A DNA stretch of 61,594 bases, counting the filler, from Asterionella formosa (taxonomy: Eukaryota), in the NCBI GenBank assembly GCA_002256025.1. It is 4 parts of 4 records of this genome, joined end to end, with 100 filler letters (N's around TTAATTAATTAA, not from the genome) between each part and the next. Parts side by side here need not be neighbours in the genome. Positions count along the whole stretch, not along the records: positions 46,285 to 61,594 come from NKIB01005511.1; 3 more parts are not named here. One strand, written 5' to 3'. Under the pieces are notes generated by a model. The model was not told the DNA's origin. It did no database searches and saw only the letters and a program-made list of their open reading frames with translations. The translations under genes were made by a program, and so were the position numbers. Positions 50,740 to 61,594 of this stretch are shown piece after piece. The first letter of the stretch is position 1, and each line of letters opens with the position of its first letter.

Positions 50740-53700
50740 TTACGCACGAGTTGTTCCAGCGAGGTACTCCTTTTCATACCTTTCCACTTCTGCATCCAAA
50801 TCAATCCAACTCTCTTCAAAGAGATCGCCACTAATGATGCGCTTCGCCATACTAACCTTTGGCTCCTTGTGCAACGGATTATTACACAAGTCAATTGTCT
50901 TGGATGCATTCTTGCTCTCATCAGAACACCACGATTCGCACCACAACCATTCCTGTGGCAAACTAAAAATTGGAACCTGATGTTGTGCATAATTGGGGAG
51001 ATCTTGGTCCAGATTGGACAAAGAATTGGGATCTGCGGAAAGCTGCTGATATGTTGATCGTAGAACGTCTCCGACCAGATCCTTACGAAACTTTTCAAGA
51101 TCCACTACATACAATGCCGAGATATGGTAAGGCTTTCCCCGCAAATGCGACTCCCAGAAGCCACCTCTCCAGAACTGAAAGCCTAACGTCGACTCTCGTG
51201 ACGAACACATGGGAGTGTATCCGTAGGGGGCACCCTTGAGGTCCATCTCCCAAAGCTCCTTTAGATCACCTCGAACCACTTGGTCAGCATCGACGTAGAT
51301 AATCTTCTTTACATCGAGGGGAAAGAGGACATCCAAAAAGAGAATCTTGTATCCCCAAATGATTCTTTGCTTCTCTGATTGCCCCCTCAACCATTCTGGC
51401 CATTTGTAAGTAACAAACTCGACTTCGCAACCAATTTCATGAGCCATATGCTTAGCAGAAGCTTTAAAGGATGGAGACAAAAAGTTTTCAAAGAGCCAAA
51501 ACTTAACCTTTGTTGATGTTCGCTTGGTGACGGACAACATCATAATCTTTAGGAAGCGTTCATACAAATGCCCAGTTGCTAACGAAAATACATTGATAAC
51601 TTCTTCTGAATCAGATCTGGATGCCTTCTTTGCTTCGTTCTCGTAAAACAAAGTCGCCTTTTCATATCCTGGTCGCCGTTTGACGAGAAGCAATTCGCCA
51701 TGTCCCACAAAATCCTTCATCACAATTGTTTTGGTACCGTTATTAGCTGCAGGTCCAGTCACTGTGATCCCACTACGTCGACTTATCTTCCCCTCTACGA
51801 CATCAAAGATTTCTGCCCCCCGCGAGGATGGAGCAATATTGAGATTCCAGACACCAGGTGCGCCGCGAAGCTGCCAATAGCCAACAGTCTTCATGACGAG
51901 GGTGTCAGAGTAGACCATGAGGGGTTCATCGAGAGGAGGCATATCAACACTTCCATCTGCTCCGATTTCGGCAGTAACAAACCTTGACACTGCCTCCTTT
52001 TTGGTCAAGGTCAACATAAGACCATTTGGTGGTGACTTTGAAACGGCGTCGTAGCACTGACCGAAGAACAAAAGATTTTTCAATTCGTATTCAACACGGG
52101 TCACATAGCGACGATCCTGAGCAGGGACAGAGTGGTCGATTTCCCCAACATGGGCGTCATCACTACAGCCTGAATGGAGATCACAACGCAGATTATCCGT
52201 GTCCTGAATGGTAAAGGACTGTTGAATGTTCCATGACTCAGGGGTATCAAGTTGAAGCGTCAAAATATGTATGGTCGGCAAGTTTGAAAAAATTGCCTTG
52301 GGCGGTGCCTGGTCTGGAAAGTTCCTCGGCTCCGCCACGAAACGATAGTAGCTGCTAATCTTGTCGTCTGCATGCATAAGTGAACGAGGCGCTAGAATGA
52401 GTGTGAGAGGCAGCTTCAAATTATCTCGCATTGCCCGAAGGAGCGGTGCGACTCTTTGGGCCGACTCAGTGACGGGATCCACAATAGCCGTCACAGAAAT
52501 GCGAAGTTCATCAATGCTATCCATATTAAACGAGAAACGCAATGGATTATTGTCGATCTCAGCACTTTCTTCGATTTGATCAATTTGTACTAGCAAATCT
52601 TCCCTTCCAGCATTTGATTCTTTGTGCTTGATGGCGAGGAACTTCGCCGTAGCTGCAATCACGTCATGATACGAGGATTCACCATACGGACGATTTGAAG
52701 CTAATAACTGAGTTGTTACCTTTGAACGCTTTAGTTCCAACTCCAATAAAAGATCCATATCTTCCGGGACTAATGGTGCATCCGGTACAAAGACCCGCCC
52801 GTTTGCTGTAATAAAGTTTGTAGCAGTAAAGTCTTTGGGAACTTCAGCACCACACGATCTCATCTCATCATCGGTTTCGGCACTTCGACTGAGAAATGCT
52901 ACAAGACCTGACGCACCGATCGCATTAGCCTTAGATAATATGGAACACATTTCACGAGACTTCAATCCATCAGTAGTAGGAATGAGCCTATAGGCTATCG
53001 ACGCCTTTGTACCTCCATCGACTTGGCCCACAGAATCCGGGAAGGCATCCATCACTGATATAAAACTAGTCGCTAAAGACTGGCCTTCCACGGAGTCGAA
53101 ATCAATGAAGGCTTCGACAACGAATACAGTCGTGGGAGGGACAATGGATTCGAAACTGAATGATTTCGGATATAATAGCGAGTCAGTGGTAGTGAACTCA
53201 TGTTCCAAATCCATATGAGCAAACTTTGAATCTGACCCGCCACCTAGCAATGGGTGGATTCTAGGAAAGACGTTCTCCCCTTTGAGAATCATTCCATAAA
53301 CAGACTTGGGCGATGTATCAGTGATTTCACCTTTCATAACAAGATCAAAAATGTGTTGCTGTTCTGCCATGAAGACTGCTCCGATTTCTTGAGGTTCGTC
53401 ATTGCTAGGTAAAACGCGACCATTGAGGAATCCCATGCCAGGTTTGATTCCTTTGTTCATTGCGAATCGAAGCGCCTTTCCGTATAATGGGAGTTTGTCT
53501 TCATCTATATCTTCGTCTTCGGATAGCGCCTCCAGAGCCATATCGACAGCTTTAGCTCGTTCCATCACTCCAATTGACTCCAGCAACTGGGCATGGAGTG
53601 TTACCAACTCAGCCATTTTTAAAACCCCACCCTTTCTTTCAGCATTTTGAGCGAGTTTGAGGATCAGACGATCCATATATTCAGGCGAAATACCCTGTCC

Positions 53701-55608
53701 TGCGAACCTTGTAGTGACGAGGGAAAATAAACGATGCACAGCTTGAGTGGAGGCTGTGTATGCATCCAAATCTTCAATAGTAGGAATTTTTCCGCCATTA
53801 TTGAGGATGGATTTTACAGGACATGGATCTTCACTATTGACTCCGTTCTTTGCACTCCACGTGGCACATGCATCTATATCTTCTTGTGAGACAAACAAGA
53901 CCCCCATCCTTACTGGATACCCCGCATGCAGTAACTGTCCCCCCAGTTGCAATGCTGCATGTTGACCAACTACCTTCATAGGATCTACCACTGCCAATAT
54001 TGTAAACATATTACGGCGGACACTGGGTGGTGCACCATACTGCATTGCAAACAACATTTGCTTGACTTGGCGTGGCCATTGACGGTATTCAACATCGCGT
54101 TCCACATCATTGACATACATGATTGCCTGCTGGAATCCTCGAGCCACATCAATTCGAACTGCCTTATTTTGACTACTTTCAACACCGCTACCACCATTCT
54201 CCTTTCCTAAAAACAATGTTTCTCCCATGGCCCATGCCTTTTGCACTTTTTGAAGTGCTGCGATATCATTGTCTAGTAATTTCCCGAGTCGTTTTTTCAT
54301 ATCTCCCAACGCAGTTTGTTCTTGTCGCAATACTTTTAACAATTCAAATACATTAAATGAAGGGCGGTTGATGTCGATTTGACGACCGTTGATACTTAGT
54401 GACACTCCTCTACCGCTGCCAGCATCAAGTTGAGCGTCTTCCAAATGTTTGGCCATGGTCCGGATGTTTGTGGGAATTGTAACATGAACCAATGTAGATG
54501 CAACTGATGGTAAATTTTGCGAAATATCTTCCAAGGCTATTAATACATCTTGATGTGCTGCTGCTGCTGCAATCACAGTTGTTGCTTGTAGTGGTAATTG
54601 CCGACGTTGCCATTTAGGTGGGAGGCGTTGTGAATTCCGTTGTTGTCCTTCATGTATCTTCCATAATGCTGCTTGTAGTTTAAGGTCATGATCATGATGA
54701 TCAGTTCCCAACAACATGGATAGATTAACTCCTGCCAGCATGTGGTTGGATATAGTTGATAGTTGTGTAACATTTATGAATGCATCGTCGGGTTTTCCTT
54801 TTGAATCTTCAAATACTTTGTATTCAACGTTTTTGATATCCAATCGTACTCCGTATCCCTGCAAGACGACCACATCATCAACAACACCATCCTCACTGCC
54901 ACCAAACTCTTCAAAAGCCACATTTCCCAAATGTCTAACAACAAAGGTATGGTTTGATTGAATAAGTAATTGATATGCTTTGACAAACTCCATGGATATC
55001 AAATTGGCATACAGCACATGAATCTCAGATGATGATGATGATGATGAGTTTCCTCCATGACGAGCGGGTTCATCTGGTAGTAACTGTTCCTCTTGCACAA
55101 CAAATGCATTCTGGTTCAAAGTCGGCTGCTGAAGAATATGTTCCCTAGCCATACCTCGATGAAGTTCGCACTGCGGACTCTGAGCTCTCAAGGACAATGA
55201 ATATTCCAACATGGCCTTCTCCATGGCCCCCTCCGTCACCTGAAGTACCAAGTCAGTCACTTGTTGGTAGGTCAGCACGGCGTGATGACCGTCCATCTTT
55301 GTCAGTTCCAGCACCAACCGATCCATCCAATCCCAATCCCCGTGCTGATCTAGCCACGCTTCACAGGCAATGTTATGAAAAGTGAATGGCCATGATGGAG
55401 CCTTGACCATGGCTTCCAACTCACGGTGCACAATTGGAGACACTAGTTCAGATGATTCCTTGACAGCATCCGACGGATGATGGTCAGCAGACGACGAAAA
55501 CAGAGACCAGATGGAAGACACTTCCACGGCGGCAGAGGCCAGTGGAGAAATGTCGAAAACCAATAGAACAGCGAGTCCAGCGAAGCGGCGGCCAATTGGA
55601 GACAACAT
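50740..55608 (-). CDS. UGGT: UDP-glucose:glycoprotein glucosyltransferase (GT24), single exon
   Basis: Signal peptide from MLSPIG; LQGYGVRLDIKNVEYK, INVFSLATGHLYERF, KIIYVDADQ, LSNLDQDLPN, WLWCESWC and KTIDLCNNP. Confidence 0.95.
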   Translation of the reverse strand: MLSPIGRRFAGLAVLLVFDISPLASAAVEVSSIWSLFSSSADHHPSDAVKESSELVSPIVHRELEAMVKAPSWPFTFHNIACEAWLDQHGDWDWMDRLVLELTKMDGHHAVLTYQQVTDLVLQVTEGAMEKAMLEYSLSLRAQSPQCELHRGMAREHILQQPTLNQNAFVVQEEQLLPDEPARHGGNSSSSSSSEIHVLYANLISMEFVKAYQLLIQSNHTFVVRHLGNVAFEEFGGSEDGVVDDVVVLQGYGVRLDIKNVEYKVFEDSKGKPDDAFINVTQLSTISNHMLAGVNLSMLLGTDHHDHDLKLQAALWKIHEGQQRNSQRLPPKWQRRQLPLQATTVIAAAAAHQDVLIALEDISQNLPSVASTLVHVTIPTNIRTMAKHLEDAQLDAGSGRGVSLSINGRQIDINRPSFNVFELLKVLRQEQTALGDMKKRLGKLLDNDIAALQKVQKAWAMGETLFLGKENGGSGVESSQNKAVRIDVARGFQQAIMYVNDVERDVEYRQWPRQVKQMLFAMQYGAPPSVRRNMFTILAVVDPMKVVGQHAALQLGGQLLHAGYPVRMGVLFVSQEDIDACATWSAKNGVNSEDPCPVKSILNNGGKIPTIEDLDAYTASTQAVHRLFSLVTTRFAGQGISPEYMDRLILKLAQNAERKGGVLKMAELVTLHAQLLESIGVMERAKAVDMALEALSEDEDIDEDKLPLYGKALRFAMNKGIKPGMGFLNGRVLPSNDEPQEIGAVFMAEQQHIFDLVMKGEITDTSPKSVYGMILKGENVFPRIHPLLGGGSDSKFAHMDLEHEFTTTDSLLYPKSFSFESIVPPTTVFVVEAFIDFDSVEGQSLATSFISVMDAFPDSVGQVDGGTKASIAYRLIPTTDGLKSREMCSILSKANAIGASGLVAFLSRSAETDDEMRSCGAEVPKDFTATNFITANGRVFVPDAPLVPEDMDLLLELELKRSKVTTQLLASNRPYGESSYHDVIAATAKFLAIKHKESNAGREDLLVQIDQIEESAEIDNNPLRFSFNMDSIDELRISVTAIVDPVTESAQRVAPLLRAMRDNLKLPLTLILAPRSLMHADDKISSYYRFVAEPRNFPDQAPPKAIFSNLPTIHILTLQLDTPESWNIQQSFTIQDTDNLRCDLHSGCSDDAHVGEIDHSVPAQDRRYVTRVEYELKNLLFFGQCYDAVSKSPPNGLMLTLTKKEAVSRFVTAEIGADGSVDMPPLDEPLMVYSDTLVMKTVGYWQLRGAPGVWNLNIAPSSRGAEIFDVVEGKISRRSGITVTGPAANNGTKTIVMKDFVGHGELLLVKRRPGYEKATLFYENEAKKASRSDSEEVINVFSLATGHLYERFLKIMMLSVTKRTSTKVKFWLFENFLSPSFKASAKHMAHEIGCEVEFVTYKWPEWLRGQSEKQRIIWGYKILFLDVLFPLDVKKIIYVDADQVVRGDLKELWEMDLKGAPYGYTPMCSSRESTLGFQFWRGGFWESHLRGKPYHISALYVVDLEKFRKDLVGDVLRSTYQQLSADPNSLSNLDQDLPNYAQHQVPIFSLPQEWLWCESWCSDESKNASKTIDLCNNPLHKEPKVSMAKRIISGDLFEESWIDLDAEVERYEKEYLAGTTRA

Positions 55609-55630
55609 GATGATAATGTCTGTCTGTTGT

Positions 55631-55787
55631 CTCTCTTTCTCTCTCTCTCTCTCACACACACACACACTTTCTTGGAACCAAAACAAACCCGATAAAATAG
55701 TTGAAGCTAGTGATGGAATATTATGTACTGGATTAAAGTAGCAATGACAATCAGTTCAATGACCATCATCATCATCATCATCATCAT
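55631..55787. repeat. Microsatellites (CT)n(CA)n and (CAT)n upstream of UGGT
   Basis: ctctct..cacaca at 55631-55667 and catcatcat at 55763-55787. Confidence 0.85.
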
Positions 55788-56451
55788 GCAGGATCAAAGA
55801 AGATGATGGATTTTGTTTACATTCCTTAAATTTTAGTACCGGAGTCCGAACTAACCACAGCCAAGTCCCTGCATGCCGCGCGCGGCTGGGCTGTTGTTTG
55901 TACTTCTACACGTTATATCAAACTCGTGAACTATGCTGGGAAGTTCTGGTACCGGTACCAACAAAGGACAAATTCTTAGCAGTATATTATACCGGTAGCA
56001 GACTATGAGAGGAAACGAAGCTAAATTTCTCATTCAAAAGATCATTAAGTTAGCTACAGCAACTTGCTCTGGTGGGTATGTGATACTTTACCTCTCCTCT
56101 CCTGTGCGTGGTAGGAGTATGTACAGTGTACAGTGTACAGTATATACCGGTCCTGGTACCGTAAGACGGTACCGGTAATTTGTAGTCGCGGCGAAGGTGT
56201 AACAAAAAGTCTGCCAAAAGCAAGAGTTTATAAAATGGAGCCGAACAACAAATAGAAACTTTGTTGACCTGCTCCATTTCGATTACTATTTCGGGTATTC
56301 CAGATTAACTTGTTGGAACTGCTTCCTATCGATAACTGACTTTTGTATTTTATTGAATTGAATCGAATCGAATGGAATCAAACCGCTTCATTTACCATTA
56401 ACTTTAGCCTTTATACGAATTCGTGTCAGTACACACAGAAACAGAAACAGG

Positions 56452-57873
56452 ATGGATCAATACAACGCCTACGGAGTACAATTCGACTCAGGAACAGCCA
56501 ATCCTTACTTGATGCAGCATCAGATCCAACAAATGAATGATTCTATTCAGGAACAGCAGCATCGACAGATGCAACATGGATTTGGATACCCTTCGAGTGG
56601 CATTGATTATCCCGGAATGAATGATGTCATGTGGTACGAGTTGTTGCCTATGTTGTGTGCTCTCTGCACGCCCAAACAATTATGGGTAGACTATTCTTAT
56701 ATACACGAGTGATTCTAACATTCAAATATCTCTCTTTCTCTCTCTCTCGCTTTTACTCTTTCTCTCTCCCTCTCTCCAAATCAAAGTGGTAGAGGAGGAG
56801 GGACAAATAACCACATTGGCAATATTCGATTCCGCCAACTTGTCAATGATCACAAACTCAGATATTTGGCCGCACCCAAGGTTGACAAGCCAAGGGTCGC
56901 CATGGAAGTTGTTGTGATGTGGAGAGGACTCGACCCTCCTGGAAGATTCTTAACCAAGACAGATGCAACTCAGGGCGATGACAGTCTTTGGCACGATGTC
57001 GGGGACAAGAAGGCGAGAGAAAAGGCATCGCAGTGTTTGCGAGAAAGGACACCAGAAGTCATTCCTTTTGTGAAGCAAGTCCAAGAAGGAGAAAAGAGGA
57101 AAAAGGAGGACGGAAATCATGTCAACGAAGGAGAAAATTCATTATCGGATGGTATCGTCATGGAGGCAGTAGCACATGTCCCCGACTCCATCGCGTCGTC
57201 CGGTGTACGCACCCCTGATGCTACCCCGTCCATCAGTGATGCCACTAGAAAAATGTTGCTCCCTGCGTCAAATCAGCCTTCGACTCCAATAATTGGAAAC
57301 AAGGACAAAAAGCGCCTCACTCGAGAAGATTTTGCAGAGGCTGTTCCGACCGCCAACACCTTTGAAGATGTATTTGACGATGATTTTGAGGATGACAATG
57401 ATGATGATGGCCTCACACTGGAGGCATACCAAAATCAAATTCAAGAATTCTTGGAAAAAGCACCCAAGGGAGATGAATGTGATGAGTATTCTGTGGGTGA
57501 GCGTTCTCTCCTAATGATGGAGACATTATCCTCGAATTCATGGGTCAAGTCCTTCCAATCCCTTGGATCCGTGATGGGACAAGGGAGTACAATGATGATG
57601 TCGATGAATGCATCAATGAAGGACATTGAAGAGACGGACGATCTTCCTGCACAAGAGATCAAACAGGAAAAATCAACTCGATCACAAAAGTTTTCTGCCA
57701 TTGGGGGTCAGAATTCAATCAGTATGTTGTCGGACATGACGGACTTTAAATCGACAAGGTCTTCCAAATTGGGTGCCAGTATGGCACCGTCCAATTTGTC
57801 AATGATGTCAGAACTCACTGATCTTAGTGAAGGTATTAGGAATATGGATATGGATAGGCGAAGGGATTTGTGA
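56452..57873 (+). CDS. DUF6824-domain protein (exons 56452-56633, 56787-57873)
   Basis: Splicing gives NDVMCGRGGGTNNHIGNIRFRQLV...PPGRFL...WHDVGDKKAREKASQCLRE, followed by a disordered tail. Confidence 0.88.
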
Positions 57874-58182
57874 AATTACATTTTCAAACGTAATTCGAAC
57901 CGAGCGTATTCCACGCTCCTGCAGGCGAGACAGATGGTTTGTGATTGTTAGGAATGTTCAAGTTAATGAATTTACGTTGTTAAGTAGAATTTGTCGTGAG
58001 CGGGTTCACCAAGGTTTCGTCTTCGCCAGAAGCGACTATCGGCAGCTAGAGTTAGAAGTGGAACCGGGCAGATCCTAATCGGAACAGCAAAAACGATTAT
58101 TGCAGTGTCAGACTCGATCTGCAACAGGATAAACATACTTTCTCATTAAAACTAATTGTGCAGTATTCCACTAATATGGCTC

Positions 58183-59735
58183 CTAATTTCCCCCGGCAGC
58201 ACTCCTTGCCATGGATTCGATGCGTTCCCAATCTTTCTCCAGATGATTCGTTGCTTCGCCTGTCCGGCCCAGGGACTTGCCTGATTTCCACCCTAATTTT
58301 TGGAGCATCTGGTTCCCGATATTTTCTTCACCAAGAATATCTTGTGGTCGAATTTCAGCAGCTACCACACTCGGTTCTAGAAATGGCAATGAAACGGGTG
58401 CCACTTCTGGTTCATGAAGACGACGGCGTTCCCACGCACGGTCTCTATATTCCTTTTTGATGCGTTGTTGCTCTTTCCATTTGGCAACATTCACCTTGTG
58501 TCGTTCTGATTGGTCTTGGTGACGCTGAAGATGAGATACATCCTTAAATTTGCGCCGACACCACGGACAGATCGGTTTACCAGCCTTGGTAAGTAGTAAT
58601 GTGTCCCGAGACAGCCACCGCTCCATGTTTGCAGAGTAAGCCTTGTGAACGACGGGAAGACTTTTCTTGGGGACGACCTTCTTCTCTGAGGGAGGGGAAG
58701 TCTCCATGGCAGCTGCCTTGTTGCTTCCCGGAAGATTTTTGGTTTTCAACGTAATGGCAATGGCTGGTGCCTTGACAATGAGGGATGCTGCCACGATTTC
58801 CTCTTTCGTTGCTTGTTGTTCGACTGGTTGAAAGGGAGAATCTTCCTCCGGCGTGTGGCGGTAATATTTTTGTTCCTTGGTACTAAAGTACAGTTTAGTC
58901 ATTGGGTCAAAGAAGAACTGACTAATGGCATGATAAAACATGCCAGATCTGGCATCGAATACGTATGTAGCACTTCGTTTGTCAAAGGGAGGTGGCCACT
59001 GCACAGTATTTACTGTATCTCGTTTCTTCGGCCGTTTTTTGGGTCGACCAAATTCGTCGCAGTCTTCTGGAATGTCCGACTGATGTTCGGAAAACGAGCC
59101 CCTTGGTCGATCTTGATGCTTAGGTTGACCTTCACACCGATAGCAGACATCATCACTCTCTGTATTCCAAGATTGGCACTAGTTTGTATCATGCGAGAGG
59201 TGTGATGTGCGTGTAATTAAACAAGGAAATAGGATTCAGTCAGGGTCAGTACAATGAATAGAATTAAAAAACGAACGTTGGTACTATCGCTTATGTCTGT
59301 ACCTCCATGCACTTCCACTCGCGGTAGCGATCCCATTTCGAACTATGCACTCGAGAAGTGGAATCTCGGTTGCCATCTTGGATCAAAAACAAGGAAGATG
59401 TGTCAAGGCAAGTGTGAGCCAAAGGTTGCGATTATGAACCAAAACTAGTAACTTCCGCCACCACATGGACTAAGAATTAGCCTCATAGATTCATAGCATT
59501 GACAAGATATGGACAGCAGGACAGTACTCCTTTCCTAGTGCTGAATGCTCGATGTTAAATCACAGTCATGAAATTCATCGTCGGTCACAAAAAAGGAATA
59601 ATACGTATTTTTGTTTCACAGTAAAAGGCATTCACCTCCTCGACTTTCTTGCTTGTAGCCTCGACTTTCCTCGCGCCGAAGATGACTGGAAGGAACATCC
59701 TCACTGCGTTTTGGACCAGAGCCATTGGATGACAT
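58183..59735 (-). CDS. RBM5/RBM10/SUA-like splicing factor: RanBP2 ZnF, OCRE, C2H2 ZnF, G-patch (at least 3 exons)
   Basis: Splicing yields WKCME|CQSWNTESDDVCYRC. Also YVFDARSGMFY..FFFDPMTKLYF (OCRE), CPWCRRKF..HLQRHQDQSERH and NIGNQMLQKLGWKSGKSLG. Confidence 0.8.
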
Positions 59736-60197
59736 GATGAGGCTGGCAAGAAAATAAATTAGCGGTTTGTCGGATTAACAAAATATGTGTCAATGGAATC
59801 ATCAATAATCGGAACAAACCGCTGCTCCATTACGTGTTGTTTCTCTATATATTTTATATGAAAGACTATAATTATTATTACTACTGACAAATTCATTTAT
59901 TTCTACTATTTATCGATATATTATGTAGATTCAGTCACTATCATCATGCAATGGCTGATCATGCATACATACCTGGCATCATGACAAAACGCAGAAAAAT
60001 TACCTTAATTGGAGCTTGCAGTTTGGGGTACCAAGTAACCCCTAATTTGCTAAATGCCATTACCTATTTGCGGTCAAAATAAAATTTTGGGTTAGTACAA
60101 AATAGGTGTCACACTGGTCATGATTCACTGCAATCACGATGCTGGGAACCAGCATTATGGATAGAAAACAGGCTGCGTTGCAAATAAAATTACCTAG

Positions 60198-61427
60198 CTA
60201 GCATAGGAGCCGCTCTTTGGAAAGGATGGCAACACCAGAATCCCTTGAACTACTCCCAACACAAGAATGATTGGACTTATTTTTGTAAATCATAAGCTTG
60301 ATTTGGCAATGGTACAGTTGAGACTCTTCTGCATCATCACACATGGAGTCTAGAATGTCCTGCATGCGACGACGACGACTTTTTGTTCGATTTACAGCAC
60401 TGACGATGCTATTCATGGATGAGACGCCAGTGTCACTCTGGGTGGTGCAAGTAGTAGCCGCTGTTGTTGTATCTGTTGTATCAGGAGGAAGTGAGGATGA
60501 TGATGACTTGAAGCAGGCAATTTCTTGTTGCATTTCAACATGGCCAGATTTGATTGGTTCATTATCGTTGACCAAGTTATTTGAAGAACAGATACGGGAT
60601 GAAGGGGAGGAACACAACAAAGGAAGATGGTCTTGGACCTCTACACAAGAGGTATTTGTTTCCCAACAAGGAAAGACTGGTTCAGAGATGCTCTTTGTTT
60701 CTACGGAACCAATTCCATGAGCATCGAGTTTATTGACAATTATACATGATGGTTCAGAGCAAGCTGGTATTTGCGGTGGAGGCAGGCTAGCTGTGGTTTT
60801 CAGCGCCAGCGAAGCTTGAACCAGAACAGGCACCAAGGAGTTCGTCCACCGCACTCTTGTCAAATCAGGGTTATTGGGAATATCAAAACGTGCAAGATGC
60901 TGATACGAGACTGCCAATGAGTGATTCGCAATCTGTCCTTGATGATTATACTTGCACACAACTTTGATTTCATCTGGATTTTCATGAGGAAACATCAATC
61001 CATGTTCATTGCCTTCGAAATCCGTTTGAGTTGACCCTCGACGAAGAATCGGTCGAGCTTTGGTCAAAAAATAGCAGGAACTTGGGTGCGCTGTATGACG
61101 CGTATGATGAAACTTTGAAAAAAGCGAACAAAGAGAGCCGCGGCGTGGACGTCGGGATGCAATTTTGATATTTTCGCAACAGTTTTCATTCATCGTTTGA
61201 ATTGTTGCTCGCCATGATTTATGAATTGTGTAATACTGACCAAGAAAAACATCTTGTGAATTTAAATTGTGATCTCGTTTATACGAAAAATTGTTTGTGA
61301 GCGCCATCCGATGAACAAACGAGAAGCGATTGTTCAGAAAAATGTGAGACCGCCAGATATTTGCACATCTTGTGATTCGTGTTTTTGTTTCGTGTTGTTT
61401 TTCATACAATGTTACATGTTCGTGCAT
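60198..61427 (-). CDS. Hypothetical protein (up to 409 aa; true start uncertain)
   Basis: Long stop-free ORF with a Ser/Thr-rich C-terminus and no recognisable domain. Confidence 0.45.
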   Translation of the reverse strand: MHEHVTLYEKQHETKTRITRCANIWRSHIFLNNRFSFVHRMALTNNFSYKRDHNLNSQDVFLGQYYTIHKSWRATIQTMNENCCENIKIASRRPRRGSLCSLFSKFHHTRHTAHPSSCYFLTKARPILRRGSTQTDFEGNEHGLMFPHENPDEIKVVCKYNHQGQIANHSLAVSYQHLARFDIPNNPDLTRVRWTNSLVPVLVQASLALKTTASLPPPQIPACSEPSCIIVNKLDAHGIGSVETKSISEPVFPCWETNTSCVEVQDHLPLLCSSPSSRICSSNNLVNDNEPIKSGHVEMQQEIACFKSSSSSLPPDTTDTTTAATTCTTQSDTGVSSMNSIVSAVNRTKSRRRRMQDILDSMCDDAEESQLYHCQIKLMIYKNKSNHSCVGSSSRDSGVAILSKERLLC

Positions 61428-61594
61428 ACCGGTATATAAAAATGAAATTATTAACTCGAGTAATGAGATACTTGGTACCGTGGTACCAGGTACCTGGTAC
61501 CGTTATGTTGAGAATGGGTGGTTCGAAGAAAAATGGGTCCTCCGCCCTCAGTCCATGCACCTCCATTTTGCTCGAGATAGAGGCATATACGGTA

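Overview
Eukaryotic nuclear DNA, almost certainly a diatom or other ochrophyte. Evidence: short GT-AG introns, a light-harvesting protein with an ASAFAP-type bipartite presequence, and DUF6824. Three 100-nt artificial linkers (N..TTAATTAATTAA..N) at 15346, 30778 and 46185 mean contiguity across them is not assured. Genes read from the sequence: 3' end of a 20-aa-repeat protein, aminoacylase-1, TBC1D20-like RabGAP, LHC/FCP, VIT1, alanine aminotransferase, FAD oxidoreductase, an ARM-repeat protein, UTP5/WDR43, a secreted 2OG-Fe(II) dioxygenase, UGGT, a DUF6824 protein, an RBM5/10-like OCRE/G-patch protein and several unknowns. The non-genic DNA holds the unusual signals. (1) A 15-kb pile-up (32.7-47.5 kb) of TTAA-flanked, GG..CC-ended Kolobok-like DNA transposons; several sit in the TTAA of a 15-bp tandem repeat (TTAAAGTAGTTTTGC), and most carry a positionally conserved subterminal hairpin whose two arms vary in concert. 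(2) Intergenic TACC(A/T)GG and TACCGG arrays; comparison of paralogous copies shows these are TA-duplicating micro-insertions, probably iterated Tc1/mariner-pogo excision footprints. (3) Candidate donors for those footprints: a pogo-like element with a convergent HIRAN-like ORF, and a CCTG..CAGG fold-back MITE. Copia and PIF/Harbinger relics are also present. All family assignments come from manual motif recognition; no searches were run.
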